Positions 26,541-34,924 of a DNA stretch of 39,706 nucleotides are shown piece by piece. Within the stretch, counting starts at the first letter, position 1. Every line of letters begins with the position of its first letter. The translations under genes and the position numbers were made by a program. The notes under the pieces are model-generated. The model was not told the origin of the DNA and made no database searches. It saw only the letters and a list, made by a program, of their open reading frames with translations. The stretch comes from a virus (lineage: Duplodnaviria; Heunggongvirae; Uroviricota; Caudoviricetes): IMG/VR virus record IMGVR_UViG_3300033146_002139, positions 1 to 39,706 of that record, one strand, 5' to 3'.

Positions 26541-26613
26541 GGGGATGTAACTCAGTTGGTAGAGTACTTGGTTTGCAACCAAGAAGTCAAGGGTTCGAAA
26601 CCCTTCATCTCCA
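26541..26613 (+). tRNA. tRNA-Ala(TGC)
   Basis: GGGGATG/CATCTCC with G3.U70; CTTGG-TT TGC AA-CCAAG; A73. Confidence 0.95.
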
Positions 26614-26625
26614 TAACGAAATTAT

Positions 26626-26697
26626 TGCGGGACATATCGATGGTCGATTGTCGGGCTCATAACCCGAAGGTTGGAGGTTCAATTCCTTCTCCCGCTA
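26626..26697 (+). tRNA. Initiator-type tRNA-fMet(CAT)
   Basis: 1:72 mismatch; TCGGG-CT CAT AA-CCCGA with three G-C pairs; unusual D arm. Confidence 0.88.
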
Positions 26698-26735
26698 CTA
26701 AGAAGTATAACACTTAACAATACAAGGAGAAGTAA

Positions 26736-27170
26736 ATGTTTTTATTTAACTACACTAATAAAAAAGGGGAAGTTTTTAATTACAAACTTTCCAGTACCAA
26801 TCATTTGACCGTAATGGGAAATATGTTAAAATTTCACACTGGTTTTAGTGTGGTGCATATTGACTTCGCTGGAGACTTACATGCTCAAAAAGCATATGAG
26901 ACAATAATGAATAGTAAGAATAAGGTTTCATTTAAAATGCCAGGAGTTTCTGACGCAGACGAAATTGCAAAAGCTAAAAAACTAGCAGAGAGTGCCGCAG
27001 CTAATCTAAAAAAGATTCAAGATGAAGAAACTGTTGCCGAAAAAGCTAAAAAAGATATTGCCGATGCAAAAGCAAAAGCTGAAAAAGAAAAAAAAGAGAA
27101 AGTTGAAGCTGACCTTGAAAAAGTAACAGCAGAAGTTAAAAAGAAACCGTCAAAGAAAAGTAAGAAGTAG
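26736..27170 (+). CDS. Hypothetical protein with Lys/Ala/Glu-rich C-terminus
   Basis: ORF with AGGAG RBS. Confidence 0.8.
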   Translation: MFLFNYTNKKGEVFNYKLSSTNHLTVMGNMLKFHTGFSVVHIDFAGDLHAQKAYETIMNSKNKVSFKMPGVSDADEIAKAKKLAESAAANLKKIQDEETVAEKAKKDIADAKAKAEKEKKEKVEADLEKVTAEVKKKPSKKSKK

Positions 27171-27310
27171 TATAGATTATAAAGCTATTATGTCATGTTT
27201 AACAGGTAAAAAACTTGACACAATAATATAAATTTGGACTCTTAGAGTGATTCTGGTTTGTCCATCCGGAAAATTTCAAATCGCTCTTTGTTTAAATAGA
27301 GAAGGTGGAT

Positions 27311-27613
27311 ATGAGTAAAAAAGTTAAAACATGCGAGAATTGCGACTTGTTTGATGTTCATAATTTTGGCGACAGGGATTGTCCTTTCGTGTCTTTCAAT
27401 GGATTGTCCGGAAGATATGTACAAGTCCTCCCTATCGGAAATAAATGGGATATTAAAAAAGACAACTGTACTAAGTGGAAAAAACTTGAAGATACCAAGA
27501 AAAAAGGTGAAGTTATTGTAAATTCATTTAAAACTGAAATTGTAGCATCAAAGACAACAAAGATGAGAAACACCGATGTTGTTGTTGGAGCTGTAATACA
27601 AAGAGCTAAATAG
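27311..27613 (+). CDS. Small Cys-rich protein
   Basis: CENC..CPF..WDIKKDNCTKW; paralog of 26247..26459. Confidence 0.75.
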   Translation: MSKKVKTCENCDLFDVHNFGDRDCPFVSFNGLSGRYVQVLPIGNKWDIKKDNCTKWKKLEDTKKKGEVIVNSFKTEIVASKTTKMRNTDVVVGAVIQRAK

Positions 27614-27621
27614 GAATATCT

Positions 27622-27954
27622 ATGATAACAGAACATAAACAAAAACCAGGAATTTGTTACGAATGTGACGAGAAGTTTCTGAAAGATGAAAAATTAAAGT
27701 ACAAGTCAAATAAAATCTTTCACGAGAATTGCTATAAAGTATTTGTAAGTAGAACAAACGGAAGACCATTTCCTTGTCCAAAGTGTAATTCTAAGGATAA
27801 GGACAACAATTTAATGTCTCAAATAGGTTCTAAAACTATGGAATGTGATTTGTGTAGTGGATTTGGCTTCGTTAAAGACAAGATGTCAATCATACATAAT
27901 GATGAGGTGCTTTTTTATAAAGGAAAAGAATCTGGAAAAATAGTAAAACTATGA
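27622..27954 (+). CDS. Zinc-finger protein
   Basis: CYEC..HENC, CPKC..CDLCSGFG. Confidence 0.75.
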   Translation: MITEHKQKPGICYECDEKFLKDEKLKYKSNKIFHENCYKVFVSRTNGRPFPCPKCNSKDKDNNLMSQIGSKTMECDLCSGFGFVKDKMSIIHNDEVLFYKGKESGKIVKL

Positions 27955-28154
27955 GCCGAATAAAAAAAGAAGAGCCCATAAAAGAGGGGGCTACCGTTAA
28001 GTGTTCGTCTTGCGAAGCAGTCGGAAGATATGATAACAATGACACTATAACGAATAAATACCCCAATTCTGTATGGTTTGATAAGTTCGAGAATAGGTGG
28101 GTCTGTCATAAATGTTGGCTGTCAGACTATACTTTTATAAAGGTGGCTTTATAA
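27951..28154 (+). CDS. Small zinc-finger protein
   Basis: CSSC...CHKC. Confidence 0.7.
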   Translation: MSRIKKEEPIKEGATVKCSSCEAVGRYDNNDTITNKYPNSVWFDKFENRWVCHKCWLSDYTFIKVAL

Positions 28155-28226
28155 ATCTAAAAAATGAGAAAAAGAGATATTTTCGAAATTTTTTGGGCTA
28201 GCGCCCAACAATACTAGGAGAAGAAG

Positions 28227-28436
28227 ATGAGCGTAATCGGCAAAACAAAAATAAAGGCAAATCCTATGGATGTAACTCCTGCGGAACTAAAAAAAGTTCT
28301 TGATATGAAAAAAGTGGTTGACAGTACCTACACGCTTGCCGATTGTTTTAAAGTTCTTAAGATGAAAAAATTCCATGTAGATGATTCTATAAGACATATC
28401 AAAGGCTTAGAAGGTTCACCTGTTATAGTATGTTAA
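28227..28436 (+). CDS. Small protein resembling the EF-Ts N-terminal (UBA-like) domain
   Basis: MDVTPAELKKV...TLADCFKVLKMKKFHVDDSIRHIK; AGGAG RBS. Confidence 0.5.
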   Translation: MSVIGKTKIKANPMDVTPAELKKVLDMKKVVDSTYTLADCFKVLKMKKFHVDDSIRHIKGLEGSPVIVC

Positions 28437-28445
28437 AGGGAAAAT

Positions 28446-28637
28446 ATGAAACTCATAGGAAGAAAGAGACGAAAAATAAATGATGGCATTAGCTATCCCT
28501 ATATAGAAAAAACTCCTATAGAAATAGATTGCCCATGCTGTAGCATACAAACTACAATAAGAATTAACAAGGATAAGTTAGCTGACTATATCAATTGTCC
28601 TAATTGTGGTGTAAAAATAGACATATCTGAGGAATGA
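28446..28637 (+). CDS. Zinc-ribbon protein
   Basis: CPCC...CPNCG. Confidence 0.7.
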   Translation: MKLIGRKRRKINDGISYPYIEKTPIEIDCPCCSIQTTIRINKDKLADYINCPNCGVKIDISEE

Positions 28638-28727
28638 TAAATAATAGGTCATATATGGTCTATAAAGTCAAATAAGTCAAGATAAGAGGTCAATAGTGAG
28701 CTTTTATTGTATAAAAACATATAAAAT

Positions 28728-28800
28728 GGTCTATTGGTATAGTGGTTATTACGCCCGCCTGTCACGTGGGAAATCGCCAGTTCGAGCCTGGCATAGACCG
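28728..28800 (+). tRNA. tRNA-Asp(GTC)
   Basis: GGTCTAT/ATAGACC; CCCGC-CT GTC AC-GTGGG; GCCAG TTCGAGC CTGGC; G73. Confidence 0.94.
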
Positions 28801-28974
28801 CAGGAGTTTTAATGGAAAGTAAAACTCTAGTATTATCTATATTATCAGTATTGTTTATTGGAACTATACTTAATGTTCTTTATGAACGATGGAAAAATAA
28901 AAATCACCTATAAGGAGAATGTATGGTAAAAATAAAAGGAGGCTTCCGATTGTAAAACTACAACGGAGGTTTAA

Positions 28975-29208
28975 ATGGCATCAAGACGTAAATTCGAGTT
29001 GAATGATAAAATGAAGAGGAGAGACTTCTCTTTATCACTAGGAAGAGGTTTTCGAGGAACTAGCTGTCCAAGGTGGTGGAGAAAGAAGTATAAGAATCAA
29101 GCCAAGACTATTGTACACAGGCATATTATGAATGTATCAAGAGGTCTTGAAGATGATAAGTCGCTTCCAGGAAACCACAGACATGTAGGTAGCTGGGATT
29201 GGTGGTAA
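28975..29208 (+). CDS. Small basic Trp-rich protein
   Basis: GGAGG RBS; CPRWWRKKY...WDWW. Confidence 0.75.
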   Translation: MASRRKFELNDKMKRRDFSLSLGRGFRGTSCPRWWRKKYKNQAKTIVHRHIMNVSRGLEDDKSLPGNHRHVGSWDWW

Positions 29209-29371
29209 ATAAAGTAAAAGTATAGGTAGTTAAAAGTAGCAGTACTTTTAAAAATTGACGGTTACAGTTTAGTACCGCTTTCGATGAGAGCCGAGTGTCC
29301 GAGCCTAAAAACACTCTATGACTTAGGGGCGTGGATAGAAATGCTCAAATATAAACACTATACTTTAATAT

Positions 29372-29442
29372 GCTTCTCTAACTCAACGGTAGAGTATCTC
29401 ACCTGTGATGAGAAGGTTGGGAGTTCAAATCTCTCGGGAGCA
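29372..29442 (+). tRNA. Atypical tRNA-Thr(TGT)
   Basis: ACTC/GAGT D arm; TCTCA-CC TGT GA-TGAGA; GGGAG TTCAAAT CTCTC; C33, G37 and a short acceptor. Confidence 0.75.
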
Positions 29443-29534
29443 CGAAATTATATAGCTATAAAAATAAAAATTATTTTTCTTGAAATAAAGCTTATTATTA
29501 GTTATTTTGTAAAATACAATATCTTGGAGAGTTA

Positions 29535-30278
29535 ATGGAATTAGATAGAGTTTACAACTCAGATTGTTTAGTTGGGATGAAAAAAATAAAAGATAGCAGT
29601 GTTTCGCTTATACTTCAAGACCCTCCGTATAATACGACTTCGTGTGATTGGGAGTGGGATATTATGACCAAAATAGATGAATTTTGGAATGAATGGTGGA
29701 GAATATTAAAAGACGATGGGGTTATTGTAATGACAGCATCTCAACCATTTACAACGGATTTAATAAACAGCCAAAGAAAAAACTTTAAATATGAATGGAT
29801 TTGGGAAAAATCTATGGGCGGTGGGTTTTTACTAGCAAACAAGATACCCTTAAAAAGACATGAAAATATACTTGTTTTTTATAAAAAACCAGGAACATAC
29901 AACCAACAAAAAACAAAGGGTAAGGCCTATTCTGCTACAAATAAAAGCGGTGGTGGAATGATTGGAAAAGATTCTGCTAAAGTCGGTGGTTTTAAAACCG
30001 TAAATAATGGAGACAGATGCCCTACGACAGTACTTCAATATAAAAGCGAAACCGGACTTCATCCAACACAGAAGCCGGTTTCTTTGTTTCGGTATTTAAT
30101 TCAAACATACTCTAATAAAGGGGATATTGTTTTTGACGGATTTATGGGTTCGGGAACCACAGCAGTATCCGCTATAACAGAAGATAGAAGATATATCGGA
30201 TTTGAATTGGGAAGAGAGAATTATGGGATAGTCCAAAAAAGGATTAAGGATGCGAATAAACTAAGAGGAAAGAAATGA
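29535..30278 (+). CDS. DNA methyltransferase (N6A/N4C, beta class)
   Basis: ILQDPPY catalytic motif; HPTQKP; DGFMGSGTT SAM-binding motif. Confidence 0.95.
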   Translation: MELDRVYNSDCLVGMKKIKDSSVSLILQDPPYNTTSCDWEWDIMTKIDEFWNEWWRILKDDGVIVMTASQPFTTDLINSQRKNFKYEWIWEKSMGGGFLLANKIPLKRHENILVFYKKPGTYNQQKTKGKAYSATNKSGGGMIGKDSAKVGGFKTVNNGDRCPTTVLQYKSETGLHPTQKPVSLFRYLIQTYSNKGDIVFDGFMGSGTTAVSAITEDRRYIGFELGRENYGIVQKRIKDANKLRGKK

Positions 30279-31498
30279 GCAATAAAATAGAAATAACTTG
30301 TGATGCAAAAGAATTTTTTGATATAATGGAATTTACAGAGCTTCAAGGGTCGTTAAAAGAATTATCCGATGATTCTTATGAAAGATTAAAAGCTAGTATT
30401 CTTGAGTTTGGATTTGCCTTTCCTGTATTATATTGTAATATAGAAGAAGAGAAGTATATTATGGATGGACATGGTAGAATAGCAACTACGAAAAGAATGA
30501 TGCTAGAGGGCTATGAAATTGGAAACCTACCTGCATCCGAGATATATGCAAAAGATAAAATAGAAGCTAAGAAGAAACTTTTGGCACTAAACTCACGTTA
30601 TGGTGAAATGACAATGCAAGGTTTCGATGATTTTATTAAAGAAGATGGTGCTGAGATTGATATAGAAGAAATAGATTTTTTTCAACCTGGAGATTTCGAG
30701 CTTGAAGATTACCTAGACGACTACTCTATTGAAATCCCAGATATAGAGATAGATGAAGAGGGTAAGGACGAAGAAACTGAAGAGGTAGAAGAGGATAAAG
30801 TAGAGGATGTTGTTATAAAGTATGGTGATTTAATAAAACTAGGTAAACACATGGTTTTATGTGGAAATCCTAAAGAAGCTGATGATGTTGCAAAAGTAAC
30901 AATTAAAGATGTTGATGCTGTAATATCTGAGATTCCTAAGAATTTAAAGTCTGCAAATGCTTATACCGATTATTTGTCTATTATTCCTTTAAAAGAAAAA
31001 AATAACATATATATGTTTATACCTGATTCAGATGTTAAGTTAGTTTTAGAATCTTTCGATACTTGTGAAATAACACTTGACTCATTCTTGGTTTGGGTTA
31101 AGAATAATCACGAAAATAGCAAAAAAGATTATGCTATAAAACATAGTCTTATAGCATACGGATGGAAAGGTGCTCATAAGTTTTACGGTGATTTCGCAAC
31201 AACAGTATTTGAGTTTTCTCAGCCAATTAGAAAAAATGCAGTATCAAAAAAACCTGACGAGTTAATTTGCCAATTAATTATAGATGGAACTCCTGACGGA
31301 GGTGTAGTTTATGACGGTATTGGTGGGGTTGGAGATACATTGATAGCCTGTGAAGAGACTGGTAGAGTGTGTGCTTTAATTGAAAAAGACCAAGCTAATA
31401 TTCAAAAACTTATAAACAGATATGTTGATAAGACAGAAAGTTTTAATATTACCATCAATGGTAAAAAAGTTAATTGGATGGAATTCAAGAAATCTTAA
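30275..31498 (+). CDS. ParB/Srx-like domain fused to a degenerate DNA methyltransferase
   Basis: LKASILEFGFAFP..IMDGHGR; GDLIKLGKHMVLCG; KKPDEL; DGIGGVGDTLIACE; DPPY replaced by SEIP. Confidence 0.85.
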   Translation: MSNKIEITCDAKEFFDIMEFTELQGSLKELSDDSYERLKASILEFGFAFPVLYCNIEEEKYIMDGHGRIATTKRMMLEGYEIGNLPASEIYAKDKIEAKKKLLALNSRYGEMTMQGFDDFIKEDGAEIDIEEIDFFQPGDFELEDYLDDYSIEIPDIEIDEEGKDEETEEVEEDKVEDVVIKYGDLIKLGKHMVLCGNPKEADDVAKVTIKDVDAVISEIPKNLKSANAYTDYLSIIPLKEKNNIYMFIPDSDVKLVLESFDTCEITLDSFLVWVKNNHENSKKDYAIKHSLIAYGWKGAHKFYGDFATTVFEFSQPIRKNAVSKKPDELICQLIIDGTPDGGVVYDGIGGVGDTLIACEETGRVCALIEKDQANIQKLINRYVDKTESFNITINGKKVNWMEFKKS

Positions 31499-31513
31499 TA
31501 GCAGGAATAGTCC

Positions 31514-32176
31514 ATGGCGAAAAACGATAGAAAAAATCAAATGTCAAAATATAAGAATTTAGTAAAACATAAACTAGCAAAATTAAGCGCTGGAGATGTA
31601 GACCCTAAGAAAAAAGATGCAGATGACAATTATATTGAATCTACAGAAGAAAGGTTTGGAAAGGGAAATAGTGTAACCCCAAAGCAAAAAGTAAATAGAA
31701 TAAGATACGTAGAAGAAATGATGATAAAAGCGTTTACTACCAGAGAAATAAATTATCATTGTAAGTATGTTTGGGGTCTATCAACTAACAATGCTAAAGA
31801 AATAGTTAAAGAAGCCAGAGCTAATATGAGGCAGGATTTTAGAGAAAATTTTGAAGACGAAGTAGACTGGCATGTCGAAATAAGAAAAAATTTACTAAGA
31901 AAGCACATAGCTTCAGATGGCGACATTAAAAGTTCGATAGGTGTTCTTGATAGTATTGCTAAAATAGAGGGTGTTTACGATAATAAACCTGCAGTAGAAA
32001 TAACTGGAAGTGAATTTGATGTTGCTGCCGAATCTCTAGGAGAAGAAGAAACTCAAAAAATGATTTCCGATATAAGAGTAGGTGATGAAACTGCACTAGA
32101 AAAAGCAAGAGAAGAGTATTACGAAAAAGACGAAAGAAAGAAAAACATAAGCAGAGATGGGCTCGACAAAGAATAA
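31514..32176 (+). CDS. terS: Putative terminase small subunit
   Basis: Lies immediately upstream of and overlaps TerL; helical, with an HTH-like segment. Confidence 0.55.
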   Translation: MAKNDRKNQMSKYKNLVKHKLAKLSAGDVDPKKKDADDNYIESTEERFGKGNSVTPKQKVNRIRYVEEMMIKAFTTREINYHCKYVWGLSTNNAKEIVKEARANMRQDFRENFEDEVDWHVEIRKNLLRKHIASDGDIKSSIGVLDSIAKIEGVYDNKPAVEITGSEFDVAAESLGEEETQKMISDIRVGDETALEKAREEYYEKDERKKNISRDGLDKE

Positions 32177-33509
32177 TAACAGGATAAAAGATATGCAATG
32201 GAGTCCAAAATCAATAGAGGTAATTGCGAAGTGTGACCTTTCAAGAATAACACTTTTAGAAGGTGTTGTTAGGTCATCTAAATCATATACTGCCGATTTT
32301 ATTGTAATCAAAAAACTGTTACCTACAATGCCACCTTGCAATGTACTCATTTCTGGATACAGCTCAGATTCTGCAAGGCAAAATATAATAGCTGAATGGC
32401 AAAAGAAATTAAAGACAGAATTTAAAGAGCACAGAGATAGTAACGGTACTTATTATACTGTCAACATCAAAGGATTACACAACAAAAGATTTTATATTCG
32501 TGGTGGGGGAAAAAATGGTGATGAAAAAGGTATTAAAGGTATTACATTTGGATTGTGGTACGGGGACGAAATAACAGAACATACTGATGATTTTATCCAG
32601 ATGGCGATGACAAGGATGTCGATGTCTTGGTCTAAGGTTGTTTGGACCACCAATCCTGCTGGACCAACAAACTTTATTAAAGTAAATTTTATAGATAAGG
32701 AAAGCGAGAAAAGGGGGTTTTTTCAATCTTTTAAATTCAAGATATATGACAATCCATCTTTAGACGAAAACTATATCCGAAGTTTATATATGAACTTTCA
32801 TGGAGTTTTTAGAGAAAGAAATATATTCGGTAAGTGGGTGGCTGCTGAAGGACATATCTTCAATATGCTTGACGACGGCAATAAAACCGATTATATTCCT
32901 ACAGACCCAGAAAAAATATACATTGGGGTTGATTATGGAACTTCCAATATGACTGTGTTTTTGAAAGTATATGTTGAAAGAGGAGTATCTTATATTGTAG
33001 ACGAGTACGAACACTCAGGGATGGAATCTGCAAATGTAAAAACACCTGCGGATTATGTTGATGATTTGAAATACTTCATAGGCAAGGACTTTGCAGTAGT
33101 AGATGCTATTTATGCAGACCCTTCGGCAAATTACTTTATAGCTTCTGCAAAAAAAGCCGGAGTAACAAGGTTTAGAAAAGCTAAAAACGATGTGCTAGAA
33201 GGTATTCAGACATTACAAAATGTTTTTGCTAAAAATATAGTAAGATTTAATAGGACAAAAGCGGAGAGTAGTTTTAAACAAATCTCCGGATATAGGTGGG
33301 ACAAAAAAGCTCAAGAACGAGGAGAAGATAAGCCTATAAAAAAAGACGACCACTATGCTGATTGTTTGAGATATATAGTAGAATCTATGGGTAGTAGAGT
33401 TACTATTAAAGCTTTAACTACAGGGCAAAAAAGACAAGCAAATAAACTTACAAAAGAATATAACAAAGAAACTAAAAAAAGAGTTGCTAAACGAATGTCA
33501 CGAGGATAA
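32157..33509 (+). CDS. terL: Terminase large subunit (PBSX-like)
   Basis: Walker A EGVVRSSKS, Walker B WYGDE, TTNP, DNPSL, GVDYG, ADPSA, DDHYADCLRY. Confidence 0.95.
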   Translation: MGSTKNNNRIKDMQWSPKSIEVIAKCDLSRITLLEGVVRSSKSYTADFIVIKKLLPTMPPCNVLISGYSSDSARQNIIAEWQKKLKTEFKEHRDSNGTYYTVNIKGLHNKRFYIRGGGKNGDEKGIKGITFGLWYGDEITEHTDDFIQMAMTRMSMSWSKVVWTTNPAGPTNFIKVNFIDKESEKRGFFQSFKFKIYDNPSLDENYIRSLYMNFHGVFRERNIFGKWVAAEGHIFNMLDDGNKTDYIPTDPEKIYIGVDYGTSNMTVFLKVYVERGVSYIVDEYEHSGMESANVKTPADYVDDLKYFIGKDFAVVDAIYADPSANYFIASAKKAGVTRFRKAKNDVLEGIQTLQNVFAKNIVRFNRTKAESSFKQISGYRWDKKAQERGEDKPIKKDDHYADCLRYIVESMGSRVTIKALTTGQKRQANKLTKEYNKETKKRVAKRMSRG

Positions 33510-33510
33510 A

Positions 33511-34839
33511 ATGAAAAAAAAATATGGCAAATATGTTGTACCTAAAAATAAAACAACAAAGAAAAAGGCAAAAGGAAAATCATTTTCGATAGGAAATTTA
33601 ACATCAAAAATAGTTCCTTCAGTGCCAAGTACCGGCGTCGTCCCAAATCCAGACAAAGTATTAAAAGCTTTACAAGAAAACGGTGTTCAGGCAAATGAGG
33701 TCTATGACGACATACTTAATGATGACCATGTTACATCTGTGATAGATGTTTTAGTGGCAGGAATATTAAGACATCCATGGAAGATACGGTCAAAAAACAA
33801 GAAAAAAGAAAAGTTTGTTACAGAAGCACTGAAGCTTGTAAAAATAAGAGAAGTTGTGTATAGCCTTGTGCTTGGAATGTTGACAGGAATGAAGTCATTT
33901 GAAATAATGTGGAAGATTCAGAATGGCTTTAAGCTTCCAACGGAAATGATAGCTCTCAAAAACTCCGACATAGAGCTAGACGCTAAAAAAGGTTTATTCC
34001 ATAAAGAAGCCGGAATATACTTTAATGACCATCCTATGAAATTTTTAACATATATAAACAAAGAAACAGAAAATCCTTATGGTGTCGCTGAGATTTTAAA
34101 ATGTTACTATCCTTGGCAATTTAAGAAAGCTGGATGGAGATTCTGGTTGACTACAGTAGAAAAATATGGAGTACCAACTCTTGTTGTGGAATACGATTCT
34201 GAGACAGTTGATGATGATGATGAGAAAGTTGATGAATTGGCAGCTGCATTTTATAATACAGAATCAGATTCAGTTATAGTGACAAATAACTTAAAAGATT
34301 TACATATCCTCGAAGCCGGCGGTAGCGCTGGAGATTTTAAAACTTTAATAGACCAAGCGGAACAATCAATATCTAAGGTTATTGTTGGAACTCATGTTAT
34401 AATGGATGGGCAATCTGGAGGCTCAAGAGCTTTAGCAGAAATCCATGCAAATATAAATTTTAGGTTTAAGGTTCAAACAGCTATTTACAATATAGCGGAA
34501 ACTATAAATAAGTTAGTCAATTGGATAGTAGACTTAAATTTTAGCGAAAATGATGGAAGTACAGAATTTGTAATAGAATATGTAAATATACAAGAGTGGG
34601 AAAAAACAAGAGAAGCTATTGGACTTGGGGTTCCTGTGAGCTTGAAGTCTATATACACCCATGTTGCAGAGCCTGAAGATGAATCCGATATTTTTTTAGC
34701 GGACCAATTCTTACTGAACGACCCAAATAATGATGATAAAAGTATTACCAAGGAAGGTAAAGAAGAAGATTCAGGAAGAAAGAAAAAAGAAGATTCTAAA
34801 AAAACAGAAACAAGGGTAGGCACAACAGAAAAAGAATAA
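33511..34839 (+). CDS. Portal protein (DUF935/Mu gp29-like)
   Basis: DDHVTSV, NPYG..EILKCYYPWQFK...WL..VEKYGVP, ISKVIVG, GSRALAEIH. Confidence 0.9.
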   Translation: MKKKYGKYVVPKNKTTKKKAKGKSFSIGNLTSKIVPSVPSTGVVPNPDKVLKALQENGVQANEVYDDILNDDHVTSVIDVLVAGILRHPWKIRSKNKKKEKFVTEALKLVKIREVVYSLVLGMLTGMKSFEIMWKIQNGFKLPTEMIALKNSDIELDAKKGLFHKEAGIYFNDHPMKFLTYINKETENPYGVAEILKCYYPWQFKKAGWRFWLTTVEKYGVPTLVVEYDSETVDDDDEKVDELAAAFYNTESDSVIVTNNLKDLHILEAGGSAGDFKTLIDQAEQSISKVIVGTHVIMDGQSGGSRALAEIHANINFRFKVQTAIYNIAETINKLVNWIVDLNFSENDGSTEFVIEYVNIQEWEKTREAIGLGVPVSLKSIYTHVAEPEDESDIFLADQFLLNDPNNDDKSITKEGKEEDSGRKKKEDSKKTETRVGTTEKE

Positions 34840-34857
34840 AATAAAGAGTTTTTTAAC

Positions 34858-34886
34858 TTGATTTTTATTCGTTTATTATTTATATT
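34858..34886 (+). promoter_or_regulatory. Putative promoter for head genes
   Basis: TTGATT-N17-TATATT in an intergenic gap. Confidence 0.45.
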
Positions 34887-34924
34887 AAAACATAATGAAT
34901 ATTTAAACATCGAAAGGAATAGTT

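Noticed and set aside
29284-29535. 83-aa ORF
   Set aside because: It spans a tRNA-Thr gene and a structured element and has no convincing RBS
32257-32290. Inactive TerL because Walker A reads RSSKS
   Set aside because: The Lys-Ser and all other ATPase and nuclease motifs are intact; likely a natural variant
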